Shown: positions 9,197 through 18,431 of the stretch, in pieces
How positions within the stretch are numbered: position 1 is the first letter of the stretch
Layout of the letters: each line of letters begins with the position of its first letter
Source: Candidatus Methanomethylophilaceae archaeon
Lineage (GTDB): Archaea; Thermoplasmatota; Thermoplasmata; Methanomassiliicoccales; Methanomethylophilaceae
DNA length: 64,000 nucleotides
Reading direction: 5' to 3'
Assembly: GCA_050950505.1 (NCBI GenBank)
Contig: JBMNHS010000001.1
Location: 1,024,001 to 1,088,000, forward strand
Notes under the pieces: model-generated
The model's input: the letters and a program-made list of their open reading frames with translations, nothing else
Database searches by the model: none
Told to the model about the DNA's origin: nothing
Position numbers and translations under genes: made by a program

Positions 9197-10363
9197 ATGA
9201 AAGAGGTTGATTTCAAAGCTCAGCAGAATTCTGAAGAAGTTCAGCAAGAAGAAACCGTATCTGTCGAGAACGAAGTTATTGTGGAAACCGTTGAAACCAA
9301 GGTTGAAGAAACCGCGGAAGAAACCGTTGAAAATATCGTTGAGGACGCAGTAGAAAAACCCGCGGAAGAAACCGCGGAAGAAACCGTCGTAACCGAAGTT
9401 GAAGAAACTGAGGAAGCGGATGAGGGTACGGAAGATTCAGCAGATGCCGGAGAAACGGAATTTGATGAAAAAGAGTCTGAAAAGAGACTCGAGGCCCTTG
9501 AAGAGAAACGCAGCATTGCGGATCTCGATGCGGATAAGCACAGAAAACAGAGGGACGAATACCATGACCTTGCCAGAGAATGGAAGGCTAAGAGGGATTC
9601 GTTGAACGCGCAGGTGAGGGACTTAGTGGCCCATGCCACCGAGAGCAGGGAAAAACGTGACGAGTACAACAATCTCGTCAGGGAATCCAAAGCCCTCCGT
9701 GACGAATGGAACGAGAAAGTATCCGATTTCAAGGTTAAGATGGCTGAACTCAGACCGGAAAGAGCCGACAAAGAGAAACCCAGACAATCGCTCGAAGACA
9801 TGAGAAGACACCTGAGAAGGTTGGAAATTCAGCAACAGACCGCTACGTTGACCAAAGACGCAGAGGAAGCCATCGTCAGACAGATATCCGAAATGGCAAA
9901 GGCAATTGATGAACGTGCATCCGAAGAGGAATCAAGCCTTGAACAGAACACCGAATTCAAGAAGATCCACACAGAGTTCAAGGAAGCAAAGGCAAAAGCC
10001 GAAACTCACCATGCTGAGATGACGGAGTACGCAGACAAAGCGCAGTCCGAACATGAAAACATGATTTCGTTCTACGACCAAGCCGACAGAATCCGCAAAG
10101 AAGCGGACGCGGCTCAGAGCAAACATGTCGAGTACAGGAATCTCGGTGACAAAGAACACAAGAAACACATCGAAATCGTTGGAGCTCTTCAGGAAACGGA
10201 TAAAGAAGCGGCATCTCTCAGAAACCGCAAAACCAGTGTCCGCAGAAGGAAAGCCGAAGCCGAGAACAAGAAAGAAGCCAAGGAAATCTTCGAACGCTTC
10301 AAGAACGGCGAAAAGCTCAGCACCGACGATCTTATGGCGCTTCAGCGTTCCGGATACCTTTAA
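9197..10363 (+). CDS. Archaeal coiled-coil protein (COG1340-like) with acidic N-terminal extension
   Basis: Long heptad-rich region with RDELN-type repeats; C-terminal AKEIFERFKNGEKLSTDDLMALQ. Confidence 0.8.
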   Translation: MKEVDFKAQQNSEEVQQEETVSVENEVIVETVETKVEETAEETVENIVEDAVEKPAEETAEETVVTEVEETEEADEGTEDSADAGETEFDEKESEKRLEALEEKRSIADLDADKHRKQRDEYHDLAREWKAKRDSLNAQVRDLVAHATESREKRDEYNNLVRESKALRDEWNEKVSDFKVKMAELRPERADKEKPRQSLEDMRRHLRRLEIQQQTATLTKDAEEAIVRQISEMAKAIDERASEEESSLEQNTEFKKIHTEFKEAKAKAETHHAEMTEYADKAQSEHENMISFYDQADRIRKEADAAQSKHVEYRNLGDKEHKKHIEIVGALQETDKEAASLRNRKTSVRRRKAEAENKKEAKEIFERFKNGEKLSTDDLMALQRSGYL

Positions 10364-10371
10364 ACATTTTC

Positions 10372-10390
10372 GCCTGCGGTTTCCGCAGGC
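10372..10390 (+). terminator. Hairpin after the coiled-coil gene
   Basis: GCCTGCGG-TTT-CCGCAGGC. Confidence 0.6.
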
Positions 10391-10451
10391 AAAATATAAT
10401 TTTTTACCATTTTTCAGAACATTTATATAGATACCATCTGATGAAGTATCA

Positions 10452-10520
10452 CGGGGATTAGGTCAGTTTTGTAGAGTGCATCCCATCCCTTCTGACCGGC
10501 TGGCCTCTTCCCGCACTTTT
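10452..10520 (+). ncRNA. Candidate hairpin small RNA with a 29-nt CU-rich loop
   Basis: TTTATATA at 10422-10429; stems CGGGGA/TTCCCG and AGGTCAGTT/GGCTGGCCT with four G-U pairs on +; ends in TTTT. Confidence 0.55.
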
Positions 10521-10595
10521 ATCCTTCACAATCGTGATCGGTTTTTGTAAAAACTAAAATCTATAATATACGTAGCCTATCTAGGTGTTGTTTCT

Positions 10596-11945
10596 ATGGT
10601 AATGGAAGGTTTGGGAAGCTCGTTGAGGAATGTCCTCAAGAAAATTACCGGCGCCTCGTCGGTGGATGAAGAACTTATCAGAGAAGTGTCCAAGGATCTT
10701 CAGCGCGCATTGTTGCAGGCGGACGTAAACGTACAACTGGTGCTTCAGTTGACTTCCGATGTCCAGGAGAGGGCCCTCAACGAAAAACCTCCCGCGGGCA
10801 AAAGCGCCAAAGATCACGTTATAGGCATAATATACGAAGAAATGGTGGCCCTTCTCGACAACGGCGAAGGACTCAAACACAAACCTCAGACCATAATGAT
10901 GGTCGGTCTCTACGGCCAGGGCAAAACCACCACCACCGGCAAACTCGCCAACTATTTCATCAAAAAAGGATTCACCGTCGGACTCATAGGTGCCGACGTT
11001 TACCGCCCGGCGGCTTTGGACCAGTTGAAACAATTGGGTGAAAAAGTCAACGCCGACGTTTACGGCGAACCCGGCGAAAAGAACGCGGCCAAAATCGTGG
11101 AAAACGGAATGAAAGCCTTCAAGGACAAAAAAATCGTCATTGTGGACACATCCGGACGTCATGCCCTTGAAGACGATCTCATCACCGAACTCAAAGATAT
11201 CGCAAAAGTATCCAAACCCGACGAAAGAATCCTTGTTCTCGATTCACAGGTCGGGCAGCAGGCCGGACCGCAGGCCGAAGCCTTCCACAACGCCGTAGGC
11301 GTTACCGGCGTCATACTGACGAAAATGGACGGCACCGCAAAGGGAGGAGGCGCATTGTCCGCAGTCTCCAAAACCAACGCCAGAATCGTATTCCTGGGTA
11401 CCGGGGAGCACATAAGGGACTTGGAGCCCTTTGACGCCAACCGTTTCATATCAAGACTGCTGGGGATGGGCGATCTGTCCTATCTCGCACAGATTGTTCA
11501 GGATGAAATAGGCCATGACAAAGCCATAGAGCAGGCCAGCAGAAATATGCTGTCGGGCAAGTTCACGCTGGTGGACATGTATCAACAGATGGTCGCCGTT
11601 ACCAAGATGGGGCCCCTCAGCAAAGTAATGTCCATGTTGCCCGGAATGAGCAACATGCAGGACAAAATCGATTATGAGGAATCCCAGAAGAGACTTGCGC
11701 AGTTCAGAGTGATTATGGATTCCATGACTCTGGAAGAAAAAGAAAATCCCTCAATCATCAAAGGAAGCAGAATCGAAAGGACCGCCGCCGGCGCGGGCGT
11801 CGAGCCGAAAGACGTAAGACTGCTTCTCAAACAGTATAACCAAAGCAAGAAGATGATGGGCACATTTTCCAAAGACCGCAAGATGCGCAAACAGCTTATG
11901 AAGCAACTCGGCGGCATGGACCTCGATATGGATGCGGAGCAGTGA
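10596..11945 (+). CDS. srp54: Signal recognition particle protein SRP54
   Basis: GLYGQGKTTT, DTSGRH, TKMDGTAKGGGALS, Met-rich M domain. Confidence 0.97.
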   Translation: MVMEGLGSSLRNVLKKITGASSVDEELIREVSKDLQRALLQADVNVQLVLQLTSDVQERALNEKPPAGKSAKDHVIGIIYEEMVALLDNGEGLKHKPQTIMMVGLYGQGKTTTTGKLANYFIKKGFTVGLIGADVYRPAALDQLKQLGEKVNADVYGEPGEKNAAKIVENGMKAFKDKKIVIVDTSGRHALEDDLITELKDIAKVSKPDERILVLDSQVGQQAGPQAEAFHNAVGVTGVILTKMDGTAKGGGALSAVSKTNARIVFLGTGEHIRDLEPFDANRFISRLLGMGDLSYLAQIVQDEIGHDKAIEQASRNMLSGKFTLVDMYQQMVAVTKMGPLSKVMSMLPGMSNMQDKIDYEESQKRLAQFRVIMDSMTLEEKENPSIIKGSRIERTAAGAGVEPKDVRLLLKQYNQSKKMMGTFSKDRKMRKQLMKQLGGMDLDMDAEQ

Positions 11946-11947
11946 GT

Positions 11948-12538
11948 ATGCGATATTTCGTTATAACGGGGCATCGCGCATCCACCACTCCCGATTTCAA
12001 ACTGGACGATATCTGCGGAGGCGCCGGACGTTTGGACGTTCTGGTCAGATGCGTTACGTCCGCATTCTTCCTGAGTCATGAAATACGCAAAGACACAGAA
12101 GTTTTCATTGTTCTTCAGGGAGGAGACGACGCCCCGAAAACTGTACGTTTCTCAGGAGAAACCATAAGATATCTCAATCCTGACGAAAGAAGCACCGCAT
12201 CGTTGATACGCAATGCGCTTCTCAAAGACATTCCCGAAGGGGAAGAGATCCGTTCCTCCCCCGGCGTCTATATTTCAAGAATGTCTTTTGCCGACGTTTT
12301 GAACCATCTGAACGGCAAAGGAGAGTTCGTTTATCTGAAAGAAGACGGGACCGACGTGCGCGATTTCGATTTTCCGGAGAATCCGGTTTTCGTATTGGGA
12401 GACGACAGGGATCTGACCGAAGAGGAAGAAGGGATTATGCTTTCATATTCCCCTTCAAAAATATGTCTGGGTCCCCGCAGCATGCATGCCAACCAATGCA
12501 TAGTGGTTGTTCAGAACGAAATGGATCGTTCGGAGTGA
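11948..12538 (+). CDS. trmY: tRNA (pseudouridine54-N1)-methyltransferase
   Basis: GAGRLDVLVRC, LNPDERS, FVLGD, SPOUT fold. Confidence 0.92.
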   Translation: MRYFVITGHRASTTPDFKLDDICGGAGRLDVLVRCVTSAFFLSHEIRKDTEVFIVLQGGDDAPKTVRFSGETIRYLNPDERSTASLIRNALLKDIPEGEEIRSSPGVYISRMSFADVLNHLNGKGEFVYLKEDGTDVRDFDFPENPVFVLGDDRDLTEEEEGIMLSYSPSKICLGPRSMHANQCIVVVQNEMDRSE

Positions 12539-12569
12539 ACCTTTATTATCTTTATTTTAATCCTGTACT

Positions 12570-12767
12570 ATGGCCGACACAGAGAAAATACCGCAACACA
12601 GGCATTGCATCAATTGCGGCAGGGCGTTCACCGGAGTGGGAAACTACTGCACCGATGAATGCAGAGACAGTTCCGGCAAAGACGCCAAGAAAAAACTCAA
12701 AAAATATACCCTTGTTCTGGTAGTTCTCGTCGTATTCACCGTGGCAGTGATGGTTTGGGGGAGCTGA
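12570..12767 (+). CDS. DUF2116-like Zn-ribbon membrane protein
   Basis: HRHCINCG...YCTDEC plus C-terminal TM. Confidence 0.85.
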   Translation: MADTEKIPQHRHCINCGRAFTGVGNYCTDECRDSSGKDAKKKLKKYTLVLVVLVVFTVAVMVWGS

Positions 12768-12769
12768 CT

Positions 12770-13726
12770 GTGAAAGTGGCCGTCGCCGGCACCTTTGATG
12801 TGTTGCACGACGGACACCGTGCACTTATAAGGCGGGCTTTTGAAATCGGCAGTCACATCTCCGTGGGAATAACCTCGGACAGGATGGCTTCCGAGAATCG
12901 GGACTCCTTTGTACCTTTAAACATAAGGATCTCCGCCCTGGAAGAATTTCTTTCAGAACTGAAAGGGGACTGGGAAGTATTCGTCATCGACGACATGTAC
13001 GGCCCGAAGGAAAAAATGGATTCCGTTGAAGTACTTGTTGTTTCCGAGGAGACGCTTCCCAACGGGAAAAAGCTGAACGGGGAAAGGAAATCCCGCGGGA
13101 TATCTCCTTTGGAGTTTTCGGTGGTTCCTCTTGTGATGGCCTCCGACGGTTCCAAAATAAGTTCCAGAGGGATTCTTGAAGGCAGATACGGCAAAGACGG
13201 AAGAACCAACGTTCCCGACATATCCGTCGGTTCACTGAATCCCGTGAAAGTGGAAGCCGTCAGAACCGTCATGGAGAAAATTTACGGATCTGTCAGAATA
13301 ACTTCCGTGGACGTGGATTCCGAAGTTCCGGAACAGCCCTTTGGGGACGATGTTCGGAAAGGAGCAATCAACCGTGCAAAAAACGCACTTGGGAAACATG
13401 ATATGGCCGTCGGCATCGAAGCCGGTGTTTTCGAAACCGAAGACGGTCTTTTCGATATCCAATACTGTGCGGTTTATGACAACGAAGATGTTCTGACAAT
13501 AGGCATGGGACCGGGATTCAGGTATCCCGACGGCATAGCAACGGCGGTTCTCGAAGGAAAAACCGTCAGTGAAGCAATAACCGATCTCTACGGAAAAAGA
13601 AACATCGGAACCGGAGGCGGTGCAATCGGAATGCTGACCGACGGATTGCTGAACCGCAAAGAACTTACCGAACAATCCGTAATCGCCGCAATGGTACCCC
13701 GTATTTCCGATATTCTGGGATATTGA
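12770..13726 (+). CDS. coaD: Bifunctional phosphopantetheine adenylyltransferase / inosine-xanthosine triphosphatase (YjjX-like)
   Basis: AGTFDVLHDGH, VVSEET, ISS; then GSLNPVKVEAV, GAINRA, GIEAG, GAIGMLT; GTG start at 12770. Confidence 0.9.
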   Translation: MKVAVAGTFDVLHDGHRALIRRAFEIGSHISVGITSDRMASENRDSFVPLNIRISALEEFLSELKGDWEVFVIDDMYGPKEKMDSVEVLVVSEETLPNGKKLNGERKSRGISPLEFSVVPLVMASDGSKISSRGILEGRYGKDGRTNVPDISVGSLNPVKVEAVRTVMEKIYGSVRITSVDVDSEVPEQPFGDDVRKGAINRAKNALGKHDMAVGIEAGVFETEDGLFDIQYCAVYDNEDVLTIGMGPGFRYPDGIATAVLEGKTVSEAITDLYGKRNIGTGGGAIGMLTDGLLNRKELTEQSVIAAMVPRISDILGY

Positions 13727-13760
13727 TTACATTAATAGCCCATACCGTTGATACGGGTTT

Positions 13761-14330
13761 ATGGAATACGTAATATCAGTCGCGGATGACCCTTCATCCG
13801 CCATAGGGGCGGCACAATCGCTAATGGGGGAAAAGGATTCAATGATTTCATTGGCTATCGGACCCGAAAGACTGAATCCTCTTCTTGAAGAATGCAAGTC
13901 AGGCGGGGCATCGAAAACTTTTCGGATTATGGACCGGGATTTCATGGGTTCCGATTCCTGGGTGCTGTCCAGAATCTACGCGGCCTTCATTGACGAATAC
14001 TGCAGTGATGCCGGATTGATAATATTCAGTCGATACAGTTCCGCCGTACCGATGCTGTCCCATCTTCTGCAGGTACAGCAATTTTGTTATGTTCGGGAGA
14101 TAGGCCGTGACGATGTTGGGATTTACGTCATTCAGGATTATGACGGCGTTGAGAGAAAATGCAGAGTGCCGGCAGGCTCCGTGGTCTCTTTGGCCGAGAA
14201 CGTTTCAATTCCCTATTCAAAAAAAGATTCAGATGCCGAAATTGAAGTGATCGGGCGCAAAGAACTGAAACTGGCCGAATTTTCCGTTGGCATCAAAGGC
14301 TCCAGAATCATCACTTTGGGGGAATGCTGA
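13761..14330 (+). CDS. Electron transfer flavoprotein beta-like protein (degenerate)
   Basis: DRDFMGSDSWVLS (cf. D..F.GSD..AT), VGIKGS near C-terminus. Confidence 0.65.
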   Translation: MEYVISVADDPSSAIGAAQSLMGEKDSMISLAIGPERLNPLLEECKSGGASKTFRIMDRDFMGSDSWVLSRIYAAFIDEYCSDAGLIIFSRYSSAVPMLSHLLQVQQFCYVREIGRDDVGIYVIQDYDGVERKCRVPAGSVVSLAENVSIPYSKKDSDAEIEVIGRKELKLAEFSVGIKGSRIITLGEC

Positions 14331-15022
14331 TGAGCGGTTGCAGCACCTGTTCATTAAACGGTTCCTGTTCTTCCAGCGGAGACGGGGGTTCCTGCGAAGG
14401 TGAAAGAAAACTGCCTCCGGGAATGCTTGAAAGATATGACACGAACCAATCCACCGCCGACGGCGCGTTGGTGTTCATAGAAACTTACGAAGAAGACGGC
14501 AGGCCGAAGATCCATCCAGGTTCCGCGCAATTGATAGCAAAGGCCGTTGAGTTGGGAGAAGACAGAGTGTTCGGAGTGATATTCGGAGGATCCGAAATCA
14601 AAGAACTTTACGACGAATCTTTTTCTTACGGTATTGGTTCGCTGTATCACGTAAGGGACGAAAAGCTAAAGGTGTTCCATCCCGAGGCTTACGCGGAAGC
14701 AATAACCACCGTATGTGAAAGAACCATTCCCTCCTCCGTGTACATGGCCTCTACCTCCAAAGGAGCGGAGATTGCGCCGAGAGTGGCCGCCTCCATGGGT
14801 ACGGGAGTGGTCACAAACTGTTGCGGTCTTGAACTCGAAGGACGAAGATTGATAATGTACAAGGAAACCGGAGGCAAGAGCATGCGGTATGGTTGTCTCA
14901 CGTTCCCTCAGGTGGCAACGGTAAAGCCCGGTGTGTTTCCCACACCTGAAAAAATCGAAGGCAGAAAGGGCACTGCCGTCTACTGGCACTACCGCAACGA
15001 CAATTACAAGGAAATCCTCTGA
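14330..15022 (+). CDS. ETF alpha N-terminal-domain protein with Cys-rich leader; no FAD-binding domain
   Basis: GAEIAPRVAASMGTGVVTNC, PQVATVKPGVF; 232 aa only. Confidence 0.75.
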   Translation: MSGCSTCSLNGSCSSSGDGGSCEGERKLPPGMLERYDTNQSTADGALVFIETYEEDGRPKIHPGSAQLIAKAVELGEDRVFGVIFGGSEIKELYDESFSYGIGSLYHVRDEKLKVFHPEAYAEAITTVCERTIPSSVYMASTSKGAEIAPRVAASMGTGVVTNCCGLELEGRRLIMYKETGGKSMRYGCLTFPQVATVKPGVFPTPEKIEGRKGTAVYWHYRNDNYKEIL

Positions 15023-15490
15023 TCAGGAGTTTATGAGGGATATCGCGCGGTCAAGTACCTTCTGTGCATGACCCGCGACCTTCACATTTTTCCAAACGGC
15101 TTCTGTTTTTCCGTCCTTGCCGACGATGAAAGTGGAACGGAACACGCCTTCGTATTCCCTGCCGTACATACTTTTCAGCCCCCAGGCTCCCACGGCTTCC
15201 GTCAGGACATGATCGGGATCGCTGAGAAGTTTTACTTTGAGATTGTGTTTGTCGATGAATTTCCTGTGGGATGCGGGAGAATCTCTGCTGACTCCTATTA
15301 CGGGTATGTTCCGCATCATGAAACTTGATATGAGTTCGGTGAACTCCAAAGCTTCCTTTGTGCATCCAGACGTGCTGTCTTTGGGATAGAAGTAAATCAC
15401 ATAACGGACGCCTTCCAGGTTTTTGCTGTCAAACACTTCATCGTTCTCATCCGAGAGAACAAAATCCGGGAACTTATCTCCGACTTCCAT
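15023..15490 (-). CDS. bcp: Peroxiredoxin BCP
   Basis: YFYPKDSTSGCTKEA, GVSRD, RSTFIV. Confidence 0.93.
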   Translation of the reverse strand: MEVGDKFPDFVLSDENDEVFDSKNLEGVRYVIYFYPKDSTSGCTKEALEFTELISSFMMRNIPVIGVSRDSPASHRKFIDKHNLKVKLLSDPDHVLTEAVGAWGLKSMYGREYEGVFRSTFIVGKDGKTEAVWKNVKVAGHAQKVLDRAISLINS

Positions 15491-15499
15491 AATTACACC

Positions 15500-17158
15500 T
15501 CAAAACAAACTAGAACTTTTTGAAATATATCCGTCAAGGTTCAACTCGAACACCATGATGGGATGATTGATTCCGAATCCGGTAATGACTTCCGGGGACA
15601 CTTCCCCGAATATTCCGATGACTTCCCCGTCGACGATGACGGAAGCCCCCCTTCCGGGGATGAAGGTGCCGTAATCACAGGTTCCGACGGAATATTCGCA
15701 TCCGATTTCCCTCAACACGGATTCGGCCAGAGATTTGGATTCGGTGAACGACGTTCTCGAAGCGGCGGCAACGGCGCAAAGATGAAGAGAATTTTTCAGA
15801 TCCCTAACGACATATCCGACTTCGAATATTTTTTGTGGCAAATCCCTGTGTCTGTTGTGTCTCAGAATCCTCATCAGACTCGGGAACAGGTTTACGCGCA
15901 AACACGTATGGTCTTCCGTGATGGGATTTTTGACGGTCACGGCAACGGCTTCGGGAATTCCGGATTTTGTGAATTCGTCCTTTTCGTTGCTCAACGTAAG
16001 AGTGGTGACTTCGGTGTATCCGAGACCGGTCATTATGTTTCTCACACCGTCGGAAAACACGGTTTCGTCCAGACGGGAAGCGACGGTGCCGTCCAATCCG
16101 TAGGGGCCTCCGAAATTTTCGAATCCGTATCCTATGGCCACATCTTCAAAAATATCCACGTCATGCATGATGTCGGTTCTTGTTGAGGGGATTATTGCAA
16201 TCATGCAATCCTCTTTTCCGACTTTGGCGCCGAGACCCATTTTTTTCAGAGCCGCGCACATTCCGTCGGTGTCCAAATCGGTGCCGAGGAATTCATTGCA
16301 TTTCTTTACGGATACCGTCCTTTCGGAAGGAGTCAAATCGGGGGACGCATACTTTTCTCCGCAATCGTCCATTTTGACGGAACCGATGCGGCCTCCCCTT
16401 TCGGCCAAAGCGGTGCAGACAATGTCCAACGCCCCTTTGACGGCTTTTCTGTCCGTTCCCGTAACGTCAACAAACACGTTTTTGGTATCTGTGGTCACGG
16501 TGGTCAGCGAGCCGTTGATGATCGGCGGGAAGGAAAGCACTTCTCCGTCATGGTCGCGTATAATGGGATATTTTTCCGTGTTTTTCAGCAAGGAAGCATA
16601 CTCTTTGCCTTTTTCATGTTTTTCAAGAATCCCGTCAAGATCCATCTCCTCCGTATGACCCAGGGGAACAAATTTTATCTCTTTCGGATTTTCAAGCGAA
16701 TATGTGAAAGGAGGTTTGATTTTGTCCAAATCGTGAATGCCTATGGCAAGTTTGCTTCTTTTGCGGCCGATGGTAAGGTGGAGTTTTTCCTGCATGTCCA
16801 TCATGGATTTCAGCAGTTCATCGTCAATTTGAAGTCCGGACACCGTGCCGCAGAGGAAATAAGGTCTCACGGGTTTGACGCTTTCATCGACAATGACGTC
16901 GATATCCGTTTCTTCCACATCATAAGTATGTATTCCGGGGGATATGCCGAAGAAAGCTCTCAGAGACCTTGCTATCCCTTCCGCACTGTACAAATCGGGA
17001 CGGTCAGGGAAGAACTCAACGGACATTTCATCTGTACTGTCTTCGGAGTCACCCATATCCGCGCCCATGAGCGGTATTCTTTCATCGAGTTCCGAACGGG
17101 GTATTTCCTCACCTATCAACGAACACAAATCGCTGTAGCTGAAGTTTATTACCGGCAT
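15500..17158 (-). CDS. pheT: Phenylalanyl-tRNA synthetase beta subunit
   Basis: PDRPDLYSAEGIAR, QEKLH, LSFPPIIN, RTDIMHDVDIFEDVAIGYG. Confidence 0.96.
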   Translation of the reverse strand: MPVINFSYSDLCSLIGEEIPRSELDERIPLMGADMGDSEDSTDEMSVEFFPDRPDLYSAEGIARSLRAFFGISPGIHTYDVEETDIDVIVDESVKPVRPYFLCGTVSGLQIDDELLKSMMDMQEKLHLTIGRKRSKLAIGIHDLDKIKPPFTYSLENPKEIKFVPLGHTEEMDLDGILEKHEKGKEYASLLKNTEKYPIIRDHDGEVLSFPPIINGSLTTVTTDTKNVFVDVTGTDRKAVKGALDIVCTALAERGGRIGSVKMDDCGEKYASPDLTPSERTVSVKKCNEFLGTDLDTDGMCAALKKMGLGAKVGKEDCMIAIIPSTRTDIMHDVDIFEDVAIGYGFENFGGPYGLDGTVASRLDETVFSDGVRNIMTGLGYTEVTTLTLSNEKDEFTKSGIPEAVAVTVKNPITEDHTCLRVNLFPSLMRILRHNRHRDLPQKIFEVGYVVRDLKNSLHLCAVAAASRTSFTESKSLAESVLREIGCEYSVGTCDYGTFIPGRGASVIVDGEVIGIFGEVSPEVITGFGINHPIMVFELNLDGYISKSSSLF

Positions 17159-17202
17159 GATTCACACCAACGGTAAATTCCTATAAAAGGGCTTGTCGTA
17201 CC

Positions 17203-18357
17203 TCAGCGCCCCAATGCCGAATGGGCGGAACCCAGATGACCCGCCGCCTGAGCGGCCAAAGTGGACAGTTCCCCCGCAAGGACGGTGGCTGCGACAATTT
17301 CCGCAAGCTTCTTCGCTTTTCCGGCCCCGTGGCAATCCAGCATTTTCAAGGCCTCTGCCTGACAAGGCAATGACGTGCCTCCGCCCACGGTTCCGATTTC
17401 CACGGCGGGCATTCTTACGGATATGTACAAATCGCCGTCAACATTTTCGCAGGAAACATATGTCATGCTGGCACCTACAACTTGGGCGGGATCCTGACCT
17501 GTTGCGATATAAAGCGCGGCGGCCATGTTTGCCGCATGCGCGTTTGCCCCCAAAGTTCCGGACAATGCGCTTCCCATGAGATTTTTGCGGTAATTGATTT
17601 CGATAACGGAATCAACCGTGGCATGAAGTCTTTTTTCAACGATTTCTTCGGGAATCAATGCTTCCGCGACAACGGTCTTACCTCTTCCTTTGATTACATT
17701 GATGGCCGCCGGTTTCTTGTCGCTGCACATGTTTCCTGAAACAGAGACCATCCGGGCGCCGGTATGCTTCTCAATCTCCTTGCATGCGGCTTCCGTGGCG
17801 ATGGTGGCCATGTTCATTCCCATGGCGTCACCGGTGGAAAACGCGAATCTCAGGTACAGATTCCTTCCGCTGGGATATGGTTCGATTTCCAGAAGTTTTC
17901 CGTGAGAAGTGGTTTCTCCAACTGCCTTTTCGAGTACATTCATATTGTTTCCGATCCACTCAATCACTTCCGCCGAATGGGCGATATCCCTTACTTTGAA
18001 AACGGGTGCCCTGGTCATGGCATCCCTGAAAACCCTGGCTCTTATCCCCCCTCCGGACTCGGCAACGGACATTCCCCTCGATATGGATGCAATCAATGCC
18101 CCCTCCGTTGTGGCCAACGGCACAAGGAATCTGCCTTTGGCATATTCTCCGTCTATGGTGACGGGACCGGCATACCCCAACGGAATCTGTGTCGCTCCGA
18201 TCATATTCTCAATATTTTTCGATACGGCTTCCGAATCAAAGCAAAATTTCGATACGGCTTCCAATGATGTGCCGGTAAACTCTTCCGCAGCCGTTCTGCG
18301 GGCGTCTACGTCACTGTGGGAATATCCTCTCAACTTCAGTCCTGAAGGGTCGGCCAT
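17203..18357 (-). CDS. hmgA: HMG-CoA reductase (NADPH, class I)
   Basis: ENMIG, PLATTEGAL, TGDAMGMNM, SGNMCSDKK, GTVGGGT. Confidence 0.96.
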   Translation of the reverse strand: MADPSGLKLRGYSHSDVDARRTAAEEFTGTSLEAVSKFCFDSEAVSKNIENMIGATQIPLGYAGPVTIDGEYAKGRFLVPLATTEGALIASISRGMSVAESGGGIRARVFRDAMTRAPVFKVRDIAHSAEVIEWIGNNMNVLEKAVGETTSHGKLLEIEPYPSGRNLYLRFAFSTGDAMGMNMATIATEAACKEIEKHTGARMVSVSGNMCSDKKPAAINVIKGRGKTVVAEALIPEEIVEKRLHATVDSVIEINYRKNLMGSALSGTLGANAHAANMAAALYIATGQDPAQVVGASMTYVSCENVDGDLYISVRMPAVEIGTVGGGTSLPCQAEALKMLDCHGAGKAKKLAEIVAATVLAGELSTLAAQAAGHLGSAHSALGR

Positions 18358-18431
18358 AATAATGTCTAGCTGTTACGGATAAATAAGGATATTTGCGTAA
18401 TTATTTGATACTGGTAGTGAATACAGGGTCA

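Noticed and set aside
9240-9420. GAAGAAACCG repeats
   Set aside because: Low-complexity EETAEETV coding sequence in an acidic N-terminal extension.
10438-10495. C/D box guide RNA reading (TGATGA at 10439, CTGA at 10492)
   Set aside because: The C box lies only about 10 nt after the TATA box, upstream of the likely start site, and there is no clear C'/D' pair. The hairpin model fits better, though this is not fully excluded.
12770-13726. CoaD-YjjX fusion as a novelty
   Set aside because: Known architecture in Thermoplasmata.
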